Assembly: GCA_002281815.1 (NCBI GenBank)
Contig: NCHI01000001.1
Location: 1 to 54,177 of the forward strand
DNA: 54,177 bases
Direction: 5' to 3'
Origin: Methylotenera sp. 24-45-7
Lineage (GTDB): Bacteria; Pseudomonadota; Gammaproteobacteria; Burkholderiales; Methylophilaceae
A program made the translations under genes and the position numbers. Shown here piece after piece: positions 40,368-48,892 of the stretch (the stretch's first letter is position 1; the number at the start of each line of letters is the position of its first letter). The notes under the pieces were generated by a model, which worked only from the letters and a program-made list of their open reading frames with translations, was not told the DNA's origin and did not search any database.

Positions 40368-41756
40368 ATGTCACATACAATAAAAACGATATTAGCGGTT
40401 GATGACGAGCCTAATATGCTGCGTTTGCTAGAAATCAGTTTACGACAAGCCGGCTACAAACCCCTCACCGCTAGAGATGGTCGCGAAGCGCTGGAAATTA
40501 TTCGTAGCCAACATGTAGATTGCGTGGTCACCGATTTACACATGCCTTATATGAGTGGTTTGCAATTGCTCAAAGCGATACGCGGCGAAGCGCTGGACGA
40601 AGCGCAGCATAAGTCTAGTAAAGCACAGTCCAACCCAGATTTGCCGGTGATTATTGTTACCGCACAAGGCGAAGTAAAAACAGCGATTGATGCCATGAAA
40701 AATGGTGCTTCCGACTACATTTTGCGCCCGTTTGATTTAGAAGAGTTAGAGCTAGCCATTAGTCGCGCCTTGTCGTTTGCGCGCTTGGTGGTTGAGAATC
40801 AGTTTTTGCGCGAAGAAAAAACCAGTGATATCGGCATCGTGGGCAACAGCCCGCCCATGCAGCAATTGTTTGATGCGATTCGCCAAGTGGCGCCAGAAAA
40901 AGCCACTGTGCTGATTGCAGGTGAAACCGGCACCGGTAAAGAGCTGGTGGCGCGTGCGATTCATGCGGGTTCGCCACGCAAAGAGGGCTTATTTGTCGCG
41001 GTGAACTGCGCGGCGATTCCACATGAAATGTTGGAGTCTGAGTTATTCGGCCATGAAAAAGGTGCGTTTACCGGCGCCATTAAAGAGCGTGTAGGTAAGT
41101 TTGAGTTGGCCGATGGCGGTACGCTGTTTTTAGATGAAATCACAGAAATGCCCATGCAGTTGCAGGCCAAATTGCTGCGTGCGCTACAAGAAAATGTGAT
41201 TGAGCGCGTGGGTGGCAATCGCCAGATTGATGTTGATATCCGTGTGGTAGCTGCCACTAATCGTGACCCGAAACAAGCCATTGCAGACGGTAAGCTACGT
41301 GAAGACTTATATTATCGCCTCAACGTGTTTCGTTTGGATTTGCCACCGCTACGCATGCGCAAGTCAGACATTGCCAGTCTAGCGCAGCATTTTTTAGCTC
41401 AGCGTCGGGCGGCGATTTCGGTGGATGCGATACAGGCTTTAACCGGATACGATTGGCCGGGCAATGTACGTGAATTAGAAAATGTATTGGAGCGCGCGGC
41501 CATCATCAGTGGCAACCAAACCATATTACCCAAACATCTACCAGCAGAAATGGTGAACCATGTCACGTTGGCTGCGTCTGATAGTGGAGTTGCAACGAAT
41601 ACACTGGCATTGCCACCGGCGCTTGAGGCGTTGGAGCGACGCTTAATCAGTGAAGCGTTGGCGATTACGCAAGGCAACAAAAGTAAGGCAGCCAAGCTGT
41701 TAGAGATAAGCGAGCGCTCACTTTGGTACAAAATTAGCCAGTACGAAATACACTAG
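40368..41756 (+). CDS. sigma54-dependent response regulator (NtrC/AtoC family)
   Basis: REC domain (VDDE, TDLHMP; the usual KPF reads RPF), GETGTGKE, GAFTGA, FLDEI, WPGNVREL and a Fis-type HTH. Confidence 0.95.
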   Translation: MSHTIKTILAVDDEPNMLRLLEISLRQAGYKPLTARDGREALEIIRSQHVDCVVTDLHMPYMSGLQLLKAIRGEALDEAQHKSSKAQSNPDLPVIIVTAQGEVKTAIDAMKNGASDYILRPFDLEELELAISRALSFARLVVENQFLREEKTSDIGIVGNSPPMQQLFDAIRQVAPEKATVLIAGETGTGKELVARAIHAGSPRKEGLFVAVNCAAIPHEMLESELFGHEKGAFTGAIKERVGKFELADGGTLFLDEITEMPMQLQAKLLRALQENVIERVGGNRQIDVDIRVVAATNRDPKQAIADGKLREDLYYRLNVFRLDLPPLRMRKSDIASLAQHFLAQRRAAISVDAIQALTGYDWPGNVRELENVLERAAIISGNQTILPKHLPAEMVNHVTLAASDSGVATNTLALPPALEALERRLISEALAITQGNKSKAAKLLEISERSLWYKISQYEIH

Positions 41757-41844
41757 TTTTTGTTGATTTTTCGTCTGCAAATCAAGCGTTTAGTGCGTCA
41801 GTTGCGCTATAATTGCGCGAAATAAAATTTTCAAGAGTAATGAA

Positions 41845-42549
41845 ATGACATTAATGGCAAAAAACCTAGACACCAACAAAACCTCACGTTTTAATAACCC
41901 GCAAGAAATCGCACGCTTTAATATGATTGAGCAGCAAATTCGCACTTGGGAAGTGTTAGACCCAGTAGTGCTGGACGTGTTGGACAGAGTGCCACGTGAA
42001 GACTTTGTTGCCGAGGCACAAAAAGGCCTGGCGTTCGCAGATATCGAATTGCCTATCGGTCATGGTCAAACCATGTTGTCACCCAAGCTTGAAGGCCGCA
42101 TTTTGCAGGCAGTACACGTTAAAAAATCAGACAAAGTGCTGGTGATTGGCACAGGTAGCGGTTATTTAACTGCTTTGCTGGCAACGCTGGTTAAACATGT
42201 AGATGCGGTTGAAATTAATGCAGACTTGTCTGCCATTGCTCAAGCGCGTTTGTCAGAACACAAAATCAACAATGTCACTTTGCATGTGGCTGATGCGGTG
42301 AATGGCTATGCGGTTGCTGCGCCCTATGATGTGATTATCTTCACAGGTGCTTTGGCTTTGCGTCCATTCGCAGCGGAAAAAATGTTGAATGTGGGTGGCT
42401 GCTTGTTTGCTGTGGTAGGTGACATGCCTATCATGCAAGCGACCCTCACACAGCGCCTAAGCGCAGATGCCTTCCGTCAAGAGACCATATTCGAGACGTG
42501 TTTGCCTATGTTGAACAACGCGCCGCAACCTCAAAAATTCGAGTTCTAA
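41845..42549 (+). CDS. pcm: Protein-L-isoaspartate O-methyltransferase family
   Basis: ARFNMIEQQIRTW, VPRE.F, IGTGSGY and APYDVI. Confidence 0.88.
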   Translation: MTLMAKNLDTNKTSRFNNPQEIARFNMIEQQIRTWEVLDPVVLDVLDRVPREDFVAEAQKGLAFADIELPIGHGQTMLSPKLEGRILQAVHVKKSDKVLVIGTGSGYLTALLATLVKHVDAVEINADLSAIAQARLSEHKINNVTLHVADAVNGYAVAAPYDVIIFTGALALRPFAAEKMLNVGGCLFAVVGDMPIMQATLTQRLSADAFRQETIFETCLPMLNNAPQPQKFEF

Positions 42550-42561
42550 GTACATCCGAAT

Positions 42562-43926
42562 ATGCGTAAATATCTAGCCGCATGCCTTAGCCTGAGTTTA
42601 CTAGCGCTAACGCATGCACATGCGGATGAAACAGCGTATTCATTAGTTGATATTTACCAGCAAGCTTTAGCGCGCGACCCGCAGTTGGCTTCTGCGCTTA
42701 ACGCTAACCGCGCCGCGCAAGAAATCATTGAGCAAGGTAAAGCGCTTTATCGTCCTACCGTAAATATCAATGCGGGTGCCACTGCCAGCCAAACCGATAT
42801 TCGCATTTTCGGGGCTCCAAGTAACAACCCATTTCGGTTTCAAGGTGTATCAAATTTCGAGGGTTACAGCTACGGTGTGGATGCACGTCAGCCGATGTAT
42901 CGTAAGCAAAATCTGGTGCAGATGGAGCAAACTAAAACCCAAGTCAGCCAAGCCGATAAGCAGCTTAATTTAACTCAGCAAAACCTCATTTTACGTGTCA
43001 CACAGGCTTACTTTGATGTGTTGATAGCGCAAGACAAAATCGCACTGATTGCGGCACAAAAAACCGCCATATTAAGCCAGCTGGAACAAGCCAAAGCCAA
43101 TTTTGAAGTGGGCACCGCTACCATTACCGACGTAAATGAATCGCAAGCGCGCTATGATTTGGTGCTGGCGCAGGAAATTGCTACCGAAAACGAGCTGCAA
43201 ATTGCCAAACGTGCAATACAGGCAATTACTGGCGTGATTCCAGAAAAGCTAGCCAGTGTAAAGGCTGACATTCAAACCACTAGCCTCGCGCAAGGCATGG
43301 ATAAATGGCTGGAAGTTGCCGCGGCAAATAATTTAAATATTTTATTGCAGCAAGATGCCTTGAAATTTGCCGAGCAAGAGGTGGAGCGGCTGAGTGCAGG
43401 GCATTTGCCGACCTTGGATGCGATTGCCAGCTATACCAATAACTATGCCAACGGCAGTGCCAATGGCTTTGGTAGTGAGCTGGAGAGTGCTGTGATAGGC
43501 GTGCAAATGCAAATTCCGCTTTATCAGGGTGGGGCGATTAGTTCACGTGTCAGGCAGGCGGTGTTGAATCAAGAAAAAGCCAAAGACGATATCGAAATCG
43601 CGCGCCGCAACACCGAGCTAGAAACACAACGTGCTTACCTGAATTTAAGCACCACCATTGCGCAGGTGAAAGCTTTGGAACAAGCCTTGATTTCTAGCCA
43701 GTCGCAAGTGGATTCAACCAAGTTGGGCTATGAAGTCGGCGTGCGTACCAGTGTGGATGTGCTCAATGCCGAGCAACAGTTTTTTTTGGCGAAACGTGAT
43801 TTATTGCAAGCGCGTTATAATTATTTGGTCAACATCATCCGCTTGAAAGCAAGTAGTGGTGTCGTTGCTGAAGTTGATCTAGCGGATATTAACCAGCAGT
43901 TGGTGCAAGGCGTAGGCAACAAATAA
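42562..43926 (+). CDS. tolC: TolC family outer membrane channel
   Basis: Signal peptide, AYF.VL, FEVG...TD, P.YQGG and GYEVGVRT.VDVLNA. Confidence 0.93.
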   Translation: MRKYLAACLSLSLLALTHAHADETAYSLVDIYQQALARDPQLASALNANRAAQEIIEQGKALYRPTVNINAGATASQTDIRIFGAPSNNPFRFQGVSNFEGYSYGVDARQPMYRKQNLVQMEQTKTQVSQADKQLNLTQQNLILRVTQAYFDVLIAQDKIALIAAQKTAILSQLEQAKANFEVGTATITDVNESQARYDLVLAQEIATENELQIAKRAIQAITGVIPEKLASVKADIQTTSLAQGMDKWLEVAAANNLNILLQQDALKFAEQEVERLSAGHLPTLDAIASYTNNYANGSANGFGSELESAVIGVQMQIPLYQGGAISSRVRQAVLNQEKAKDDIEIARRNTELETQRAYLNLSTTIAQVKALEQALISSQSQVDSTKLGYEVGVRTSVDVLNAEQQFFLAKRDLLQARYNYLVNIIRLKASSGVVAEVDLADINQQLVQGVGNK

Positions 43927-43939
43927 GGGCGCAAATACC

Positions 43940-44515
43940 ATGCAAAATACATCTCTAAAAGCACAGGTGAACTTAAGCCAATTGGTCATCATTGATATGC
44001 AACCGAAATTGGCAGCGGTGATGCCTACCGATGCCATGCAGACTGTGCTGAAGCATTGCAGCATACTCGCGCAGGCTGCAACAATGCTCGAAGTGCCAGT
44101 AACGCTTACCGAACAGTATCCCAAAGGTTTGGGGCATACCCTGCCTGAATTAACTGCCTTGTTAGCCACCGCTTCTGTACATCAAGTACAGCCGGTTGAA
44201 AAAACCGCTTTTTCCTGTTTAGCCGAGCCTAAGTTTGAGCGCCATCTCACGCGCGACCACTCACAAATCATGATTGCTGGCATGGAGGCGCATATTTGTG
44301 TGGTGCAGACTGCATTAGATTTGCTAGTCAGCGGTAAACAAGTGTTTGTGATTGAAGATGCGGTGATTTCACGTAACCCAGCCAATAAAACAAACGCTAT
44401 TCACAGAATGCGTGAAGCCGGCTGCATAATCACCAACACTGAATCTGTGTTATTTGAGTGGCTGGGCAAAGCTGAAGGCGATATTTTTAAATCGGTCAGC
44501 AAGCTCATACGCTAA
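43940..44515 (+). CDS. Isochorismatase-family cysteine hydrolase
   Basis: IDMQ, TEQYPKGLG, K..FS and GMEAHICV.QT. Confidence 0.9.
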   Translation: MQNTSLKAQVNLSQLVIIDMQPKLAAVMPTDAMQTVLKHCSILAQAATMLEVPVTLTEQYPKGLGHTLPELTALLATASVHQVQPVEKTAFSCLAEPKFERHLTRDHSQIMIAGMEAHICVVQTALDLLVSGKQVFVIEDAVISRNPANKTNAIHRMREAGCIITNTESVLFEWLGKAEGDIFKSVSKLIR

Positions 44516-44618
44516 ACCGTGCACACAGTTTAGTTTTTACGCTTCCTCACGCTCTTCGGCTAGTTTAGTGACTAGCTACCAATGAGCATTCAAACCCTGT
44601 TAAACACAGCTTAGTTCA

Positions 44619-44670
44619 CTTAATCTCAGTGCGCTTAATCCCAGTGAGCTTAATCTCACTTAGCTTAATC
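44619..44670. repeat. 15-nt tandem repeat (3.5 copies)
   Basis: CTTAATCTCAGTGCG / CTTAATCCCAGTGAG / CTTAATCTCACTTAG / CTTAATC. Confidence 0.8.
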
Positions 44671-44686
44671 TTTTTTGTTTATAAAA

Positions 44687-44702
44687 TGGCATAGATTATG
44701 CA
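44687..44702 (+). promoter_or_regulatory. sigma54 promoter upstream of amt
   Basis: TGGCATAGATTATGCA: GG at 44688-89, GC at 44700-01, N10 spacing. Confidence 0.7.
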
Positions 44703-44746
44703 TAGCTTAATGTAATTTAAAAATTCATTAATCGCTAAGGGGTGCT

Positions 44747-46060
44747 ATGTCTGGGTTGCGCAATTCGGTAGCTTTAATGCTATTCATCGGTTTTTCTTTA
44801 TTTCCTTCCAGCAGCATGGCGCAAGACATTAGCGTTGAAGTCATTAACACGCTGTGGGTGCTGATGGCCGGCGCTTTGGTATTTTTAATGCAGGCTGGTT
44901 TTGCCATGCTAGAGACCGGCATGGTGCGCTCCAAAAACGCGGTCAATGTAATGATGAAAAACTACATTGATTTATGCATAGGTACGCTGCTGTTCTGGCT
45001 GGTGGGCTATGGCCTGATGTTTGGCGACAATCCTAGCGGCTACTTCGGCACTACGCTATTCGGATTATCTTCAGCGCCAGATTGGGATTACACCTTAATC
45101 TTTTTCCAGATTATGTTTGCTGCTACCGCGGCCACCATCGTCAGTGGCGCCATGGCGGAGCGCACTAACTATGTTGCTTATTTAATAGGTACTTGCGGCA
45201 TTACTGCGCTGATTTATCCGATATTTGGCAGTTGGGCTTGGAACGAACATGGCTGGTTAAAGCAAATGGGCTTTATTGACTTTGCAGGCTCCACAGTGGT
45301 GCACTCGGTGGGTGGATGGTGCGCTTTAGCAGCAGTCATTTTGCTCGGGCCGCGTTTGGGACGCTTTAGTGATAAAGGTGTGGCGCGTAGTGTGCCAGGG
45401 CACAATTTGAGCTTTATTTCGATAGGTGGCTTTTTATTATGGTTTGGCTGGTTTGGTTTTAATGGCGGCAGTACCTTGGCGGCCGGTGCCAATATCGGAC
45501 ATATTTTGCTCAACACGCACATGGCGGGTGCAGCGGGTGCCATAGGCGCTATTTTAATTAGCGTGTTAACACGCAAACCGATTTTACTCACCAGCACGGT
45601 CAACGGCAGCATTGCTGGTTTAGTGGCGATTACCGCCGGTTGCGCCAGCATGCAAGTGCCTTATGCGATTTTAACCGGTGCTATTGGCGGTGGGCTGAGT
45701 GTGCTGGGCGTGATGTTACTTGAGAAGTTGCGTCTTGATGACGTGGTAGGCGCGGTATCTGTGCATGGTATTTGCGGCGCTTGGGGTACTTTAGCGGCAG
45801 GCTTATTTTTAACCGGCAATATGTATAACCCGCAGCAAATTATGGTGCAGCTTACTGGCATCGCTGCGGCGTTTGTATGGGTGTTCGGCACCGCATTTAT
45901 CATGTATTTGCTGATTTCGTTGGTGTTTGGATTGCGTGTGAGCAGCATGCACGAGCAACGTGGTTTGGATATTACCGAGCACGGTGAAATCGGCTATCCG
46001 GAATTCGGCCAAGACGCCATCTACAAAAATGAAAACCTGAAAGATTTGAGCAAACTCTAA
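44747..46060 (+). CDS. amt: Ammonium transporter (Amt family)
   Basis: MQAGFAMLE, DFAGSTVVH, WFGWFGFNGGS and DDVVGAVSVHG; both pore histidines present. Confidence 0.95.
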   Translation: MSGLRNSVALMLFIGFSLFPSSSMAQDISVEVINTLWVLMAGALVFLMQAGFAMLETGMVRSKNAVNVMMKNYIDLCIGTLLFWLVGYGLMFGDNPSGYFGTTLFGLSSAPDWDYTLIFFQIMFAATAATIVSGAMAERTNYVAYLIGTCGITALIYPIFGSWAWNEHGWLKQMGFIDFAGSTVVHSVGGWCALAAVILLGPRLGRFSDKGVARSVPGHNLSFISIGGFLLWFGWFGFNGGSTLAAGANIGHILLNTHMAGAAGAIGAILISVLTRKPILLTSTVNGSIAGLVAITAGCASMQVPYAILTGAIGGGLSVLGVMLLEKLRLDDVVGAVSVHGICGAWGTLAAGLFLTGNMYNPQQIMVQLTGIAAAFVWVFGTAFIMYLLISLVFGLRVSSMHEQRGLDITEHGEIGYPEFGQDAIYKNENLKDLSKL

Positions 46061-46737
46061 TGAACGCGCCACTACAAACAAAAATAATGAACAACACTGA
46101 ATTGATTTTAAGACGCCGCGCCATTTATACCGGCATGCGCCCTTATTTTGACGACCAGAAATTACTCGGTGCAATTAACCTTTGGCAGGCAGAATATTCG
46201 CATAAACCGAAATTTGCGTTGAGCGTCTTTATTGCGCGTTGTTGCGATACCCCAGAACTCAAAGACGAGCGCGCCAAAATATTAAAGTCTATTTTTATTG
46301 CTTTGGAGCTAGCGCCAGATGAGCTGCTTTCTGATCCATTTGTAGAACTCAAGTCAGTGAGCAAAGCACTGGCAGCTGGCAGCACATCCGATAGCCCGCA
46401 ACAAACAGTGATGTTTGTGGCATTGCTGAACCAGTTATTTAGCAAGTTTAATAAAGCGGATGAAAAGCAAATACGCTACATTGTTTTAGAGCTATTGGCC
46501 GAGGTAAAAACAGACCGCATGCGCATGATGTACATTCGTGAGTGGTTTGCCAAAAATACGCAAATTCTGGAAGGCCAGTTTGAGTTAGAAGTGCTGCAAA
46601 AACTGGTGAATATTTGCTACATGGCCATGTGTCAGCAGTTGGGGCCAGTGAAGGCCGATCAGTATTTAGCGCAAGCCATCAAAGAAACCGAACCGTTGGC
46701 AAGCGATGCGGGTTTTAAACTACACGATTTACTATAA
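46060..46737 (+). CDS. Hypothetical cytoplasmic helical protein, translationally coupled to amt
   Basis: 225-aa ORF with TAATG overlap on the amt stop; no motif recognised. Confidence 0.75.
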   Translation: MNAPLQTKIMNNTELILRRRAIYTGMRPYFDDQKLLGAINLWQAEYSHKPKFALSVFIARCCDTPELKDERAKILKSIFIALELAPDELLSDPFVELKSVSKALAAGSTSDSPQQTVMFVALLNQLFSKFNKADEKQIRYIVLELLAEVKTDRMRMMYIREWFAKNTQILEGQFELEVLQKLVNICYMAMCQQLGPVKADQYLAQAIKETEPLASDAGFKLHDLL

Positions 46738-46765
46738 ACAAGCCGTCTGATTTAACAAACTTGTC

Positions 46766-48892
46766 ATGAATTCATTGCCTAAAATTAAAAGCCTGATTTC
46801 GATAGACTCATTTCTGCATGACCGTCAGCACATGCTGGATGTGCTCGTCGAAAATATAGATGGCCTGATTTATTGCACGCTTTATGATGATTACTGGACC
46901 ATGATATTTGCCAGTGTGGGTTGCAAAGAGTTAACTGGCTACAATCGCGAAGATCTGATATTTAATCAGCTGATTTCATATGAGGAAATCACGTTTGAGG
47001 CCGATAGACAGATGGTGCGCGACAAGATAAACCATGCTGTAGAGCTGGGTGAGCGTTTCGAAATTGAATATCGCATTCGGCGTGCAGATGGCGTGGTTAT
47101 TTGGGTTTCAGAGCGCGGCAACCCGATTTTTGATGAGCATGGCGAAGTGCAGGCGATTGAAGGCATTATTCAAAATATCACTACGCGTAAGCATATTGAG
47201 CAGTCGTTGCGTGAGGCCGAGGGGCGTTACCGCTCAATTTTTGAAAACGCCATAGAGGGTATCTTTCAATCTACACGCAGTGGCTTGTATCTGATGGTAA
47301 ACCCAGCGTTGGCGCGTATGTATGGCTACAGCTCACCACAAGAGCTAATGGGCGTGCTTAACAATATTAATGAGCAGTTGTATGTAGATAAAGCGCGGCG
47401 TGCAGAGTTTGTGCAAGCGATTGAAAACTCGCACAACGTGCAAAACTTTGAATCCTTGGTCTATAAAAAAGACGGCAGCACGATATGGATTTCAGAAAAT
47501 GCACGCGCAGTAACTGACGAAGCTGGTAATTTGCTCTATTACGAGGGTACGGTAGAAGACATTACCTCACGCAAAAGTTATGAAGTGCAGCTGGAATATC
47601 AGGCCACGCACGACACCTTAACTGGTCTGCCTAATCGTTGCATGCTTAACGATAGATTGCTGCAATGTATTAATTTTGCAACGCGCTACAAAAACAAGAT
47701 GGCGGTGGCGTTTTTAGACCTAGACCAGTTCAAGCTGATTAATGACAGCATGGGACATGAAGTAGGTGACCAGCTATTGTTGATTATGTCGCAGCGCTTA
47801 TCTGCATGCGTGCGCGAGGTGGACACCGTGGTGCGTATTGGCGGTGATGAGTTTGTGATTTTGATTTCCAACATTGATAGCATTCACGACATCATGAGCA
47901 GCATGAAGCGCATATTGGAAAGCGTTTCCGAGCCATGTGAAATTCATGGGCTTAATTATTTGGTCACATGCAGTATTGGCATCAGTTTGTATCCTGACGA
48001 TGGCGCAGACCCTACGGTACTGCTGAAAAACGCCGATTCTGCCATGTATGAAGCCAAAAAAGCTGGCCGTAATAACTATCAGGTGTATACACAAGCTCTG
48101 AACGAGGCACTGGCTGAGCGTGTGATGTTGGAATACAAATTACGTCAGGCACTGGAAAACGAAGAATTTATTTTGCATTATCAGCCCAAAGTGGATTTTT
48201 CTACAGGTTTGATTTGCGGCGCAGAAGCGTTAATCAGGTGGCAACCACAGGGCGAAGCGATTATAGAGCCAATGCGCTTTATAGAAATTGCTGAAGAAAC
48301 CGGTTTAATCGAAAAAATCGGTGAGTGGGTGCTGTTGAACGCCTGCAAAAAAGCCAAGTTACTTAAAGATAAAACCGGTACTTCTATCCCGATTGCAGTC
48401 AATGTTTCTGCACGTCAATTTAAGCAGGCACGATTGCCACACATTGTTAAAAATATACTCGCTGAAACAGGCTTGCCGGCAGAATGCTTGGAGCTGGAAA
48501 TTACCGAGAGCACCTTAATTGATGACGCGCCAAAGTTTATTGACACCTTGCATGTACTAAAAACCTTGGGCGTTAAATTGGCAATTGATGATTTCGGTAC
48601 GGGCTATTCCAATTTGGCGTATTTAAAAGATTTTCCGATTGATCGCTTAAAAATTGATAAAGCATTTGTGATGAATCTGGAAAACGACCCGACTAACCTT
48701 GCTATTTTAAAAGCTGTGGTGGTGTTAGCGCATAGCTTAGATAAAAAGGTCGTGGCAGAAGGCGTGGAAACACAATATCAACATGACTTTTTAAAATCGA
48801 TCGTCTGTGATGAGATGCAAGGGCATTTCTTTAGCAGACCCTTACCTGAACATGAATTTGAAACCTTGATTTTTAAGCAGTTTCAATCGTGA
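46766..48892 (+). CDS. PAS-PAS-GGDEF-EAL diguanylate cyclase/phosphodiesterase
   Basis: Two PAS/PAC repeats, HDTLTGLPNR, RxxD I-site (REVD) five residues before GGDEF, EAL, DDFGTGYS. No TM helices. Confidence 0.95.
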   Translation: MNSLPKIKSLISIDSFLHDRQHMLDVLVENIDGLIYCTLYDDYWTMIFASVGCKELTGYNREDLIFNQLISYEEITFEADRQMVRDKINHAVELGERFEIEYRIRRADGVVIWVSERGNPIFDEHGEVQAIEGIIQNITTRKHIEQSLREAEGRYRSIFENAIEGIFQSTRSGLYLMVNPALARMYGYSSPQELMGVLNNINEQLYVDKARRAEFVQAIENSHNVQNFESLVYKKDGSTIWISENARAVTDEAGNLLYYEGTVEDITSRKSYEVQLEYQATHDTLTGLPNRCMLNDRLLQCINFATRYKNKMAVAFLDLDQFKLINDSMGHEVGDQLLLIMSQRLSACVREVDTVVRIGGDEFVILISNIDSIHDIMSSMKRILESVSEPCEIHGLNYLVTCSIGISLYPDDGADPTVLLKNADSAMYEAKKAGRNNYQVYTQALNEALAERVMLEYKLRQALENEEFILHYQPKVDFSTGLICGAEALIRWQPQGEAIIEPMRFIEIAEETGLIEKIGEWVLLNACKKAKLLKDKTGTSIPIAVNVSARQFKQARLPHIVKNILAETGLPAECLELEITESTLIDDAPKFIDTLHVLKTLGVKLAIDDFGTGYSNLAYLKDFPIDRLKIDKAFVMNLENDPTNLAILKAVVVLAHSLDKKVVAEGVETQYQHDFLKSIVCDEMQGHFFSRPLPEHEFETLIFKQFQS

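Noticed and set aside
44519-44540. NtrC box upstream of amt
   Set aside because: Only a TGCAC half-site is present, without the matching GGTGCA half.
44619-44670. Short repeat arrays here and at 12402 and 49471 as CRISPR
   Set aside because: Units are 10-15 nt and directly tandem, with no unique spacers and no cas genes.
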